A DNA stretch of 64,000 nucleotides, from assembly GCA_945897865.1 (NCBI GenBank), contig CAMDHJ010000002.1:1900-65899 (forward strand), read 5' to 3'. Position 1 is the stretch's first letter. Each line of letters begins with the position of its first letter. Positions 9,751-19,491 of the stretch are shown here, in pieces. Under the pieces are notes generated by a model that was given only the letters and a program-made list of their open reading frames with translations, ran no database searches and was not told the origin of the DNA. This DNA comes from Tepidiphilus sp. J10. GTDB lineage: Bacteria; Pseudomonadota; Gammaproteobacteria; Burkholderiales; Thiobacillaceae. A program made the position numbers and the translations under genes.

Positions 9751-12700
9751 TCCGGTGTTGCGCACCAGACTTTGCGCATTAGCCAGGCGTTTGCGCATCA
9801 GCCAGCCGTGCATCAACGGCGTCACAAACAAGGTCAGCGGCGTTGCCACCGCCAGACCCCAGATGATGCTGGCGGCGAGCGGACCCCAGAGCAGCGAATC
9901 TCCACCCCAACCGAAAGCCAGTGAAACCAGGCCACCGATCACCGTCAAGGTAGTGATGATGATCGGCACCAGACGCCGCCGGCCGGCATAGAACGCCGCT
10001 GCCAGCGAAGGCTGGCCGCGCGCCAGCCGGTCTTCGCCCGCCGAAACAAGGACGATCGACGCATTCACCGCGACACCGGACAGCGCAACACAGCCGTACA
10101 ACGTGTAGAGCGTGATCGGCTGGCCGCTGATCAAAAGGCCAAGAACCACTCCGGCCAGGGCCATTGGCGCGGTAGCCAGAATCACCAGCGGCAGCACCAG
10201 CCGGCCAAATTGCACTGCCAGCAAGGCGTACATCAGGACGAATCCAAGGATCAAAAAAGCGATCAGATCGTGCAGACTGGCCTTCACGTCATCCAGTTCG
10301 CCGCCCTGCTGCAGACTGACGCCGGCATGGCGCGGCGCGATTTCGGACCAGGCGGCATCCACTGTTTCCACCGCCTGACGTGCGGTGATGCGGTCTTGAT
10401 CAAAGCCAGCGTGCAAGGTGATGGCGCGTTCACCGTTGACCCGACGCAGCTCGCCCGGGGTCGACTCCATGGTGACGGTAAACAGCTCGGCCGGGTTTAC
10501 CGTACGCCCATCCGGCAGCCGCCAGGGCTTCATCAGCCAGCCCTGAACTTCAGCCTGATTCATCACCTGGCCGCGCACCACCACGTCGAGTGATTGCTCG
10601 CCATCGTCGATCTTGCCGACCACGACCCCTTCGAAATGCAGCCGCACCAGCGCAGCCAGCTTGAACGGATCGAGGCCGGCACGCGCAGCCGCCGGAGCGT
10701 CGACTTGCAGCGTCAAACGCGGCTGGCTGAAACCGGCATCATCGTTCATGTCGCTGAAGCCATCCTGCTCAGCCAGCGCCAGGCGCAATTCACGCGCGGC
10801 TTCGGCCAGTCGATCCAGCGGGGCACCGGTCAGGCGCAATGACAGGCTGGACAGCATCGGCAAATCGGCCGATAGCACTTGCACCGAAATACTTTCCGCC
10901 CCCGCCGCCTGCAGCGCTGGCCGCAGCGCGGCGACGTAATCGTTGACGCTGCGGCCACTCGCCGATTGCGGCGCCAGACTGATCGTGACCTGGCCCATCT
11001 GTTCGCCGATGACCAGTTCACTCGGAGTGAATTGCAGGCCGGCCATCGCCAGCGTGGCATTCAGTTCGCCTGGTCGGGCGATGCGCTTCGCCGCCAGTTC
11101 GAGTTCACGCGCAGCGGCCAGCGTGGTTTCCAGATTGCTCGCCGGCGGCATCTGGACGTTGACGTTGAACACCCGCAGCGGATCCGAGGCGAACCAGCGT
11201 GGCTTCACCCACTCCAGCGCCAGGGAAGCGCCGGCAAGCAGAAATACGCTGGTAAACAATACAAAAACCGGCGCCGGACGGCGCATGTTCCAGAGCAGGG
11301 CTTTGCCGTAATAACGCCGCAGGTGGCGGGCGAACGCGTCTCGCCAGCCACTGTCGGCGCCACTGTCGCCCCAGGCCACAGCATGCCGAGGCAATATCCA
11401 GAGCGAGGCCAGCAGACTGCACAACAAGGTCAGCATCACCGCCAGCGGGGTAACGAACATGAAACGTCCCATCAGCCCGGGCAGGAACAGCAAGGGCGCA
11501 AAAGCCAGGCAGGTGGCGAAGATCGAGGCGGTCACCGGACGCGCCACTTCCTTCAGCGCCGCGCTCACCGCCGCTGTGCGCTCCATGCCGGCGGCCAGGC
11601 GCAGGCGAATCGCCTCCGCCACCACCACCGCGTCATCGAGCGGAATGCCGAGCACGATGGCGACGCCGAGCAATACGGAAACATTCAGCGTGTGGCCCAT
11701 CAGATGCAGCGCCAGGAACATGCCGGCGAGGGCGAACGGCACGCCGATGCTGGTCAGCAAGGCGAGCCGATGACCGAGGAAGAACCAGGTCACCAGCAAC
11801 ACCACGCCTAGACCAAACAGCGCATTCGCTTCCATCACCCCGATCGCTTCCCGCGTCGTCGCGCTCTGATCGTCAAGCAAGGTCAGGATCGGCGTGCCAA
11901 ATGTGGTGTTGGTTTGCTTCACCATCGCGTGGATGGCTTCGGTCAATTCAAGCGTATTGACGTTCTCCCGCTTGATCACCGACAGCAGCACCGCCGGCTT
12001 GCCATCCAGGCGGACCAGTTCACGGGCTGGCGCAATGCCGCTGGCGACGCGGGCGACTTCGCCAATCTCGACCATCCGGCCATCGGCACCGGTGATCGGA
12101 ATTTCGGCCAGGAAATCCGGATTCGAATTGAGGCCTTCCACCCGCATCGCGTAGCGCCGCCCCCCCATGTCGGCCACGCCGGCCGGCAGGCTACGCGTCT
12201 GTTCCACCACCGTGCGGGTCAGGTCTTCCAGCGAGACAGCGTGTTGTTCCAGCGCGGTGGGATCGAAGGTCACCGCGAGTTCGCGGCTGCGCATGCCGTA
12301 AGTCCAGATGCGGCTGACACCGGGCAGTTTTTCCAGCTTGTCGCGTGTCGCCTCGGCCAGTTCGCAGACCCGGCCATTCGACGCGCTGTCAGCAGTCCCG
12401 CCGCTGACCACCACCATCGCGGTGGGGAAGAAATTTGACGAGGTCAGCTCAATCACCTGTGGTGGCCGCGCTTCCTTCGGGAAATCGGCCGAAGCCTGGC
12501 GAATCTCGCGATCCAGTGCCGCCAGTCGGCGCTCGAAACGGCCCTGGTCGAGATCATGGAAGCGCACCAGCAGGGTTGCGATGTGATCACGCGAAGTAGC
12601 GGCGACGAAACGTACATCGCCGACCCGTCGCGCCGCGGCTTCCAGTGGTAGTGCAATCTCCCGTTCCACATCGCGCGCCGTCGCGCCCGGCCAGACCACC

Positions 12701-12834
12701 GCGACCGCGACCCAGTTGAGTTCCACTTCGGGATATTGCGCCCGCGGCATGGCGTAATAAGCCCAGCTACCCAGCAGCAGAACCAGCGCCAGAATCAGGT
12801 CAGCGAGACGACGAGAACGAAATATTGAAGGCAT
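9736..12834 (-). CDS. AcrB/CzcA-type RND efflux permease (no adjacent MFP or OMF gene)
   Basis: About 1030 aa. The N-terminus ...LGSWAYYAMPRAQYPEVELNWVAVAVVWPGATARDVEREIALPLE is the classic AcrB-family opening. It has a 12-TM two-fold architecture with two large periplasmic loops. The start is taken at MPSIFRSRR (12834). Confidence 0.9.
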   Translation of the reverse strand: MPSIFRSRRLADLILALVLLLGSWAYYAMPRAQYPEVELNWVAVAVVWPGATARDVEREIALPLEAAARRVGDVRFVAATSRDHIATLLVRFHDLDQGRFERRLAALDREIRQASADFPKEARPPQVIELTSSNFFPTAMVVVSGGTADSASNGRVCELAEATRDKLEKLPGVSRIWTYGMRSRELAVTFDPTALEQHAVSLEDLTRTVVEQTRSLPAGVADMGGRRYAMRVEGLNSNPDFLAEIPITGADGRMVEIGEVARVASGIAPARELVRLDGKPAVLLSVIKRENVNTLELTEAIHAMVKQTNTTFGTPILTLLDDQSATTREAIGVMEANALFGLGVVLLVTWFFLGHRLALLTSIGVPFALAGMFLALHLMGHTLNVSVLLGVAIVLGIPLDDAVVVAEAIRLRLAAGMERTAAVSAALKEVARPVTASIFATCLAFAPLLFLPGLMGRFMFVTPLAVMLTLLCSLLASLWILPRHAVAWGDSGADSGWRDAFARHLRRYYGKALLWNMRRPAPVFVLFTSVFLLAGASLALEWVKPRWFASDPLRVFNVNVQMPPASNLETTLAAARELELAAKRIARPGELNATLAMAGLQFTPSELVIGEQMGQVTISLAPQSASGRSVNDYVAALRPALQAAGAESISVQVLSADLPMLSSLSLRLTGAPLDRLAEAARELRLALAEQDGFSDMNDDAGFSQPRLTLQVDAPAAARAGLDPFKLAALVRLHFEGVVVGKIDDGEQSLDVVVRGQVMNQAEVQGWLMKPWRLPDGRTVNPAELFTVTMESTPGELRRVNGERAITLHAGFDQDRITARQAVETVDAAWSEIAPRHAGVSLQQGGELDDVKASLHDLIAFLILGFVLMYALLAVQFGRLVLPLVILATAPMALAGVVLGLLISGQPITLYTLYGCVALSGVAVNASIVLVSAGEDRLARGQPSLAAAFYAGRRRLVPIIITTLTVIGGLVSLAFGWGGDSLLWGPLAASIIWGLAVATPLTLFVTPLMHGWLMRKRLANAQSLVRNTGLIPQ

Positions 12835-12937
12835 GGATATACTTCGACAATTGGCAATAACCGTGTAATCAATCGAACTGTCTGACCACCCCAATAAGTG
12901 GGTAAGTGGCCGGCCCCTCAGTGCTTATTGACGCTAA

Positions 12938-13507
12938 ATGATGCTGATTGTGAAAACTCTACTCCAAACTCTGTTGTTTACCTGCCTGCTTGTGCAGCTG
13001 ACGCATGCAAACGAGACCCGAATGAATGTACGTCAGGTCGGCAGTATGCTGATGGTTGAAGGGCAATTGGAAGTCCCGGTCAACCAAACCACGGCCTGGG
13101 AAGTTTTAACCGACTACACGCGTTTTCCCGAATTTGTTCCCGGCATCAATGGAAGTCGTCTGTTGGAAGAACGCAACACATCCAAATTGTTTGAACAACG
13201 TGGCATGGTCATCTCAGGCCAGTTCCGCATGCCCTTCCAGGGTGTGGTAAAGATTGAAGAACACAAACCCGAAGGGCATCCAGGAATGATTCGAGTGCTC
13301 TTTGTCAGCGGTCCATTGAAGGATGTTCAAGGTGAGTGGAACATAAAGCCTGGAAAACCACTCGAATTAAACTACCGCATGCAAATGGATTTGATGAAAA
13401 CCCCATTCCCTCCCCCGCTCGCGGTCACTATCATCGAACAACAAGTCCGTTCCTGGGTTGAAGCGTTCGCACGGGAAATGCAAGTAATGAAAAGGAAGAA
13501 GGAATGA
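12938..13507 (+). CDS. secreted SRPBCC (START/polyketide-cyclase fold) protein, paralog 1
   Basis: Signal peptide LLFTCLLVQLTHA, then TAWEVLTDYTRFPEFVPGI, which is typical of the cyclase/dehydrase lipid-binding family. It overlaps the next gene by 4 nt. Confidence 0.7.
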   Translation: MMLIVKTLLQTLLFTCLLVQLTHANETRMNVRQVGSMLMVEGQLEVPVNQTTAWEVLTDYTRFPEFVPGINGSRLLEERNTSKLFEQRGMVISGQFRMPFQGVVKIEEHKPEGHPGMIRVLFVSGPLKDVQGEWNIKPGKPLELNYRMQMDLMKTPFPPPLAVTIIEQQVRSWVEAFAREMQVMKRKKE

Positions 13508-14118
13508 AATCCGCTTTATTGGCGGCAATATTGCTGCTGCTGGGCATGGCTACCGCAGCATCCGGCAATACCAAAGCAAAAGTCAAAGCCAATTCCGGTT
13601 TGTCTGGCGTCAAGGTGGAAGCGTCGCAACTATTGCAAACCGATGCCCGTACGCTGTGGGGAACGATCACCGACTACAACCGTCTCGCCACCTTCATTCC
13701 TGACATGGTGTCGAGCCGGGTCATTTCGGCTCCTGGCGCGCCCAAGCGCGTCGAGCAGATTGCCGATGCCGGCTTGTTCGCCTTTGTCATGCCGGATCAG
13801 GTCGTGCTGGCGCTGGAAGAAGCGCCTTACAGCGTGATTCGTTTTCGCGCCATCTCGGGCAAGCTGGTATCGATGACGGGTGAATGGCGCATCGTCGGTG
13901 AGAAAGCTCCGGTCACCTTGATCTATCGAGCCCACATTGTGCCAATGAGTCCGATACCGCCGCTGGGGTCTGGTTATTTCGTCGAAGATGAAGTTCGCGC
14001 TCGCTTCGAAGCCGTCGGCCGCGAAGCTGAGCGACGCTCGATCGAATCCAGAAAGGCGGGTGGCTACGGACCACCGGTTCTGACTTCTCCTTATCTGTCA
14101 CCTTATCTGCCGCGCTAG
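13504..14118 (+). CDS. secreted SRPBCC (START/polyketide-cyclase fold) protein, paralog 2
   Basis: Signal peptide AAILLLLGMATAASG, then LWGTITDYNRLATFIPDM, the same family signature as the upstream paralog. Confidence 0.7.
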   Translation: MKSALLAAILLLLGMATAASGNTKAKVKANSGLSGVKVEASQLLQTDARTLWGTITDYNRLATFIPDMVSSRVISAPGAPKRVEQIADAGLFAFVMPDQVVLALEEAPYSVIRFRAISGKLVSMTGEWRIVGEKAPVTLIYRAHIVPMSPIPPLGSGYFVEDEVRARFEAVGREAERRSIESRKAGGYGPPVLTSPYLSPYLPR

Positions 14119-14128
14119 AAACCGAAAT

Positions 14129-14599
14129 ATGCCGTCGTTCACTTCCGCGCGGTTATCGATGCTGTTTGCCTGTGCTCTGCTCCTGTTCGGCTGCGATCAG
14201 GTCAAGGAACGCGCCGGTTTTCCCGACCCGACCAAGATGGAGGCCGAAGGCATTGCCATCGGCGGCGCCTGTCGGCATGCCGGACGCGGCTTGGAGGATT
14301 GCTATCAACTCAATAAGTTGGCTTCCAAGTCAGCCGTCTTTGCCGGCTGGAAAGAAATGAACGAATACATGTTGAAGAACAACATGCAAGCCGTAGCCCC
14401 TTCGATTCTCCCTGAAGCCCTGGCGCCAAAGAAAACGCGTAAACCAGAGAAGGAAGACGAAAACGCGGAGACGTCGGAGAAAAAATCGGCGGCGAAAAGT
14501 GGAAAGGATACGCACGAAGAATCCGATAAGGACGCCAAAAGGGACTCCGATGAGGAAGCCGATAAGGAAGCCGCCCACGCCGCTGAAAAAGCCCATTGA
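14129..14599 (+). CDS. lipoprotein with a K/E/D-rich disordered tail
   Basis: Lipobox LLLFGC at residues 17-22. The C-terminal 60 aa are almost entirely K/E/D/A/S. The stop overlaps the start of the next gene (ATGA at 14596). Confidence 0.6.
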   Translation: MPSFTSARLSMLFACALLLFGCDQVKERAGFPDPTKMEAEGIAIGGACRHAGRGLEDCYQLNKLASKSAVFAGWKEMNEYMLKNNMQAVAPSILPEALAPKKTRKPEKEDENAETSEKKSAAKSGKDTHEESDKDAKRDSDEEADKEAAHAAEKAH

Positions 14600-15357
14600 C
14601 AATGAGTACGTCACTCCGCATCGCCTCGTACAACATTCACAAAGGGCTGTCGTTCTTCAATCGTCGCATCGTGTTGCATGACGTGCGTGACAGCCTGATT
14701 GGGCTGAACGCCGAAATCGTGTTTCTGCAGGAAGTTCAGGGACACCATGCGCGTGGTGCACACCGTTTCGAAACCTGGCCGGCGATGCCGCAGCACGAGT
14801 TCATTGCCGGCGACCTCTGGAACGATTTTGCCTACGGCAAGAACTCGGTCTACGAACATGGCCATCATGGCAACGCCATCCTCTCCCGCTTTCCCATTTT
14901 GCGTTGGGAAAACGTCGACATCTCGTCGCATGCCTTCGAAAGCCGCGGCCTGCTGCATTGCGAACTGGCAGTGCCGACCATGGCGCAGCCGCTGCATGCC
15001 ATCTGCCTGCATCTGGCGCTGAATGAGTCCGGCCGACGTAAGCAGATTCATCAACTCAGCGAACGCATCCGGCGCATGGTGCCGGATGGCGCACCGCTGA
15101 TCATCGCCGGCGACTTCAACGACTGGCGCCAGCGCACCAGTTCCTATCTGGCGGAAGAACTCGGTCTGAAAGAAGTTTTTGAATCCCACCATGGTCGGCA
15201 TGCGCGCAGCTTCCCGGCAGCACTGCCGTTTCTATCGCTCGATCGCATTTATGTACGCGGATTCAGTATCGCCTCAGCCCAGGTTCTGCATGGTCAACGC
15301 TGGCGGCGCTTGTCCGACCATGCCGCGCTGACTGCCCAGTTGTCCCCCTTGGGCTGA
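14596..15357 (+). CDS. ybhP: endonuclease/exonuclease/phosphatase (EEP) family protein, YbhP-like
   Basis: LRIASYNIHKGLS...IVFLQEV...IIAGDFNDWR...LSDHAALTA are EEP catalytic motifs. Its position directly upstream of clsB mirrors the E. coli ybhP-clsB arrangement. Confidence 0.8.
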   Translation: MTMSTSLRIASYNIHKGLSFFNRRIVLHDVRDSLIGLNAEIVFLQEVQGHHARGAHRFETWPAMPQHEFIAGDLWNDFAYGKNSVYEHGHHGNAILSRFPILRWENVDISSHAFESRGLLHCELAVPTMAQPLHAICLHLALNESGRRKQIHQLSERIRRMVPDGAPLIIAGDFNDWRQRTSSYLAEELGLKEVFESHHGRHARSFPAALPFLSLDRIYVRGFSIASAQVLHGQRWRRLSDHAALTAQLSPLG

Positions 15358-15377
15358 GCTGATCGGTTTAAAAGGGC

Positions 15378-16574
15378 ATGTTCAAGGGGGGTAACCAGCT
15401 TGTATTGCTGGAGAACGGTGCTGAATACTTTCCCGCCCTGATTGCAGAACTGGATGCCGCGCGGCGCGAAATCCATCTGGAAACCTATATTCTCAGCAAC
15501 GACACCACGGCTACCGAGGTCGCCGCTGCGCTGATGCGCGCCGCCAGACGCGGCGTGGAAACCCGCTTGCTGCTGGATGGATACGGCTCACGGCATATTT
15601 CCAACACAGCACTGGAGGCGTTGCGTGCTGCCGGCGTGGCGGTGATGCTGTTTCGTCCAGAGCGGAACCTGATGCCCCTGCGTCGCGGACGATTTCGGCG
15701 CATGCACCGAAAATTGGCGGTAGTTGACGCGCGCATTGGTTTTGTCGGCGGCATCAATCTGATCAACGATCTGCACGGCCGCAGGTTGGCCGCACCACGG
15801 CAGGATTATGCGGTGCGCATCGAAGGCCCGCTGGTCGCCGACATGCATGTCGCTGCACGATACCTCTGGCAGCAAGTGTTGTGGAGTCGGCTTGGCCTGC
15901 GCCGGGGTGAGGACGCCTGGCTCAAGCCAGAAACGCAAGCCGTCGGCTCGCAACGCGCCAGTTTCCTGACCCGCGACAGCGTACGCCAGCGGCGGGTGAT
16001 CGAAACCGCCTACCTGCGCGCGATTCATCGTTCGCGACAGGAAATAGTGCTCGCCAATGCCTACTTTCTGCCTGGCTTGCGCTTCCGCCATGCCCTGATC
16101 GCCGCCGCCAATCGTGGCGTGCGGGTACGCCTGATCGTTCAGGGCCATTCCGACCATCCGCTCTACCAACTGGCGGCGCGCGCGCTGTATCGGCATTTCC
16201 TCGAAAACGGTATCGAGCTTTACGAGTATCACGCTACCGAATTGCACGCCAAGGTCGCGGTCATCGACCAACGTTGGGCAACAGTCGGCTCCAGCAACAT
16301 CGACCCGTTCAGTTTGCTGCTGTCGCGCGAAGCCAATGTCGTTGTGCAAGACCGTGTTTTCGCCGGTCAGTTGCAAGCCAGCCTGGAAAACGCTCTGGCA
16401 CGTGGCGCGCACCGGATTTATCGCCGCGCCTGGCGACGCGTGCCATGGTATGCCCGCTTTGCCTCCTGGCTGGCCTACGGCACCGTTCGCCTGCTGATGG
16501 GCATCGGCGGCTACGCGCAGACTTATGATGCAATGCGTGGCCGCGCATCACAAAATCACCGGGAGACCGAGTAG
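15378..16574 (+). CDS. clsB: cardiolipin synthase ClsB (two-HKD phospholipase D family, no N-terminal TM)
   Basis: Two HKD motifs, HRKLAVVDARIGFVGGINL and HAKVAVIDQRWATVGSSNID. The roughly 400-aa length is typical of ClsB. Confidence 0.85.
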   Translation: MFKGGNQLVLLENGAEYFPALIAELDAARREIHLETYILSNDTTATEVAAALMRAARRGVETRLLLDGYGSRHISNTALEALRAAGVAVMLFRPERNLMPLRRGRFRRMHRKLAVVDARIGFVGGINLINDLHGRRLAAPRQDYAVRIEGPLVADMHVAARYLWQQVLWSRLGLRRGEDAWLKPETQAVGSQRASFLTRDSVRQRRVIETAYLRAIHRSRQEIVLANAYFLPGLRFRHALIAAANRGVRVRLIVQGHSDHPLYQLAARALYRHFLENGIELYEYHATELHAKVAVIDQRWATVGSSNIDPFSLLLSREANVVVQDRVFAGQLQASLENALARGAHRIYRRAWRRVPWYARFASWLAYGTVRLLMGIGGYAQTYDAMRGRASQNHRETE

Positions 16575-16773
16575 TTGCAATATTGCACAAGTCTGGTGCA
16601 CTATCCGATTAAGGGTTTACCCTAAATAATTCAGCAGCGCTTGCAGGTCGGTTATCGGGCCATGAATGTCTCGACTCGACCTGCTCCGAAGACTGAACAG
16701 GCACCGTTCCGAGCCGGAGAATTTCAAACTCATCTAACGCGGTAACCAGACCGCCAACAAGCACGATCGAGCC

Positions 16774-18885
16774 GTGAAAACCCAACCGTTGCAAAGCATA
16801 TTCACCGCGAACCCGATCAGCGTGTCAGCAGATACGCCGATTATCGAAGTGCTGCGCATCATGGAACTACGCCATATCAGTTGCGTGCTTGCGGTCGATG
16901 CCGATGCCAGGCCGGTAGGCATTTTCACTGAACAGGATGTCGTGGCGCTGATGGCGGGCTCCAGCGACCTGAGCAGCGTAGTAATGGCTTCGGTGATGCA
17001 CTCACCCGTGTTCACGCTACCCGCCGACATGGATTTCCGTGACGCCTATCGACTGATGTCGGCGCGCGGCTATCGCCACCTGGCAGTGGTGGATGCACTT
17101 GGACGGCTGACCGGCATCGTCAGCGAAGGTGATTTTCTGCATCACCTGGGCCTGGATTATCTGGTCGAACTGAAAACCGTCGCCAGTGCCATGGACCCCA
17201 CGCCACTCACGCTGCCGGAACATGCCAGCCTGGCGGATGCGGCAAGGTTGCTGGCCGAACGGCATGCGAGCTGCGTGCTGGTGACACGGGACCAGGAACC
17301 GGTCGGTATGCTTACCGAACGCGATATGGTGCTTCTGGCGCGGCAGGGCCTTAATCAGGCAGAGACCGAGCTGGTCACAGTGATGCATGCACCGATCATC
17401 GGCATTGATGCCGCAACCTCTTTGCAGGCAGCGATTCGGCAAATGGAGAATTCCGGCATCCGACGGCTCGCAGTCTTGGACGGGCGGCGACTGGTCGGTC
17501 TGATCACCCGTCACGAAATTGTCAATTTGCTACAAGGCAGATTCGTCGAGTATCTACATGAAACCATCGAACATCAGCGTCTTGATCTGGAGCGCATCCA
17601 GCAACAGGACGCGCAATTGCAATTACAGATCCATGCGCTCAACGCGGCCGCCAACGCCATAGTCATCACCGATGCAGAACCGCGCATCCTGTGGGCCAAC
17701 GCCGCCTTCTCCACGCTGACCGGTTACGAGGTCGCGGAAGCCATAGGCCGCAAGCCTTCTGAATTGGTCGCTTCCGGCAAACAGGACAAAGCCTTTTACC
17801 AACACCTGTGGCAAACCATTCTGGCCGGCGACACCTGGCGCGGCGAACTGATCAACAAGCGCAAGGATGGCAGCCTGTACGACGAGGAACTGACCATCAC
17901 CCCAGTCCGACTGGGCAAGGATGAACGAGAAATCTCCCACTTCATCGCAGTCAAGCAGGACATTTCCGTGCGCAAGGCGGTGGAACGCAGACTTCTGGCG
18001 AGCGAGGCGCACTTTCGTCTGTTCTACGAGCACGCGCCGGTCGCCTATGAATCGCTGGACGCGGCTGGCTACATCCTGGAAGTCAACGAAGAGTGGTTGC
18101 GGCAATTCGGCTACTCGCGCGATGCGGTGATCGGTCGCCACCTCAGCGAGTTTCTCGCCCCGGGACAGGAAGCTTTGCTGAAAGCACGTTTCGAGAACTT
18201 CCTGCGCGAAAACGTCATCCGCAAAACCGAATTCGACTTTCTGCATGGTGACGGCAGCATCGTCACAGTTGCCGTGGACGGTTTGGTGGATCGTGATGAA
18301 CAGGGCAATTTCCAGCGCACCCAATGCGTGTTGCACAACATCACCGCACGCAAGCAGATCGAACAGGAATTACGCTATCTGGCCACCACCGACGCGCTCA
18401 CCGGGCTTGCCAATCGGCGTCACTTCCTCGACCAGATGCGTCAGGCGTTGGCTCGCCATCAGCGTCACGGCACGCCGACCGCGCTGCTGATGATCGACCT
18501 GGACTGGTTCAAACGGGTCAACGACCAGTATGGCCACGCGGTCGGCGACGAAGTGCTGCAGTATTGCGCCAGGATCATCGCAACCCATTTGCGTCGCAAC
18601 GATCTGCTAGGCCGCCTGGGTGGCGAAGAGTTCGCCATTCTGTTGCCGGACACCGATGCACACGGCGCTTGTGAATTCGCCGAACGCGTGCGCCAGCTCG
18701 CCGCCAACTCGCCGACGACGACTCGGAACGGCACGATCTTGGTCACGTTGAGCATCGGCGTCACTTGCTTTCAGGGACTGGATCAGGATATCGACGGCAT
18801 CCTGGCGCGATCGGATCAGGCGTTGTATCGGGCCAAGAACAACGGTCGCAATCGTGTTGAGCTGGAACCGCCAGCGTCAAGTTAG
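16774..18885 (+). CDS. CBS-CBS-CBS-CBS / PAS-PAS / GGDEF diguanylate cyclase
   Basis: It has two CBS pairs at the N-terminus and two PAS modules. The GGDEF domain has an intact active site LGGEEF and an I-site RRND five residues upstream. The start codon is GTG. Confidence 0.9.
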   Translation: MKTQPLQSIFTANPISVSADTPIIEVLRIMELRHISCVLAVDADARPVGIFTEQDVVALMAGSSDLSSVVMASVMHSPVFTLPADMDFRDAYRLMSARGYRHLAVVDALGRLTGIVSEGDFLHHLGLDYLVELKTVASAMDPTPLTLPEHASLADAARLLAERHASCVLVTRDQEPVGMLTERDMVLLARQGLNQAETELVTVMHAPIIGIDAATSLQAAIRQMENSGIRRLAVLDGRRLVGLITRHEIVNLLQGRFVEYLHETIEHQRLDLERIQQQDAQLQLQIHALNAAANAIVITDAEPRILWANAAFSTLTGYEVAEAIGRKPSELVASGKQDKAFYQHLWQTILAGDTWRGELINKRKDGSLYDEELTITPVRLGKDEREISHFIAVKQDISVRKAVERRLLASEAHFRLFYEHAPVAYESLDAAGYILEVNEEWLRQFGYSRDAVIGRHLSEFLAPGQEALLKARFENFLRENVIRKTEFDFLHGDGSIVTVAVDGLVDRDEQGNFQRTQCVLHNITARKQIEQELRYLATTDALTGLANRRHFLDQMRQALARHQRHGTPTALLMIDLDWFKRVNDQYGHAVGDEVLQYCARIIATHLRRNDLLGRLGGEEFAILLPDTDAHGACEFAERVRQLAANSPTTTRNGTILVTLSIGVTCFQGLDQDIDGILARSDQALYRAKNNGRNRVELEPPASS

Positions 18886-19491
18886 ATCCGTCGCGTCGCC
18901 CCAACGCGCCATCAACTGATGTTCAATGACCAGTTGATCGAGCACGCGCGCAACAATGAAGTCGATCACCTGTTCAACATTTTGCGGACGATGGTAGAAG
19001 CCGGGGTTGGCCGGCAGAATAGTCGCCCCGGCTTCCGCCAAAGCAGTCATGTTACGCAAGTGAATCAGCGAAAACGGGGTTTCCCGTGCGACCAGAATGA
19101 GTGGCCGCTTTTCTTTCAGGATCACATCGGCAGCGCGCTCGATCAGGTTATCGGCGAGGCCATGCGCAATGGCGGCGAGGCTACCCATGGTGCAGGGACA
19201 TATCACCATTGCGTCCGCCGGATTCGAACCCGATGCGGGCGGAGCAAACCATTCTTCCTTGCCATAGGCAGCCAACTTGCCGCTGTGGCCGCTGAAGCGC
19301 GCGTTGAACATGGCCACCAGCTCCGCATTGCCGCTGGGCAATTGCAGATCAAGTTCCTGCTTGGCGACGATCCGCGCCGCCTGCGACAGCAACAGATCAA
19401 CCTTGCAGCCGGCACGCAGCAGACATTCCAGCAGCCGCAAACCATACGCCATGCCGGATGCGCCGGTAAGAGCAAGGGTGATTCGTTTCAT
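18877..19491 (-). CDS. ubiX: flavin prenyltransferase UbiX
   Basis: MKRITLALTGASGMAYGLRLLECLL... and a roughly 200-aa length match the UbiX/Pad1 family. The start overlaps the upstream gene stop by 4 nt. Confidence 0.9.
   Translation of the reverse strand: MKRITLALTGASGMAYGLRLLECLLRAGCKVDLLLSQAARIVAKQELDLQLPSGNAELVAMFNARFSGHSGKLAAYGKEEWFAPPASGSNPADAMVICPCTMGSLAAIAHGLADNLIERAADVILKEKRPLILVARETPFSLIHLRNMTALAEAGATILPANPGFYHRPQNVEQVIDFIVARVLDQLVIEHQLMARWGDATDLT

Noticed and set aside
19214-19232. The string GGATTCGAACCCGATGCGGGCGG, which resembles a tRNA T-arm and acceptor end.
   Set aside because: It lies inside the ubiX coding sequence. No cloverleaf (D-arm, anticodon arm) can be drawn around it. 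No tRNA was found anywhere in the window.
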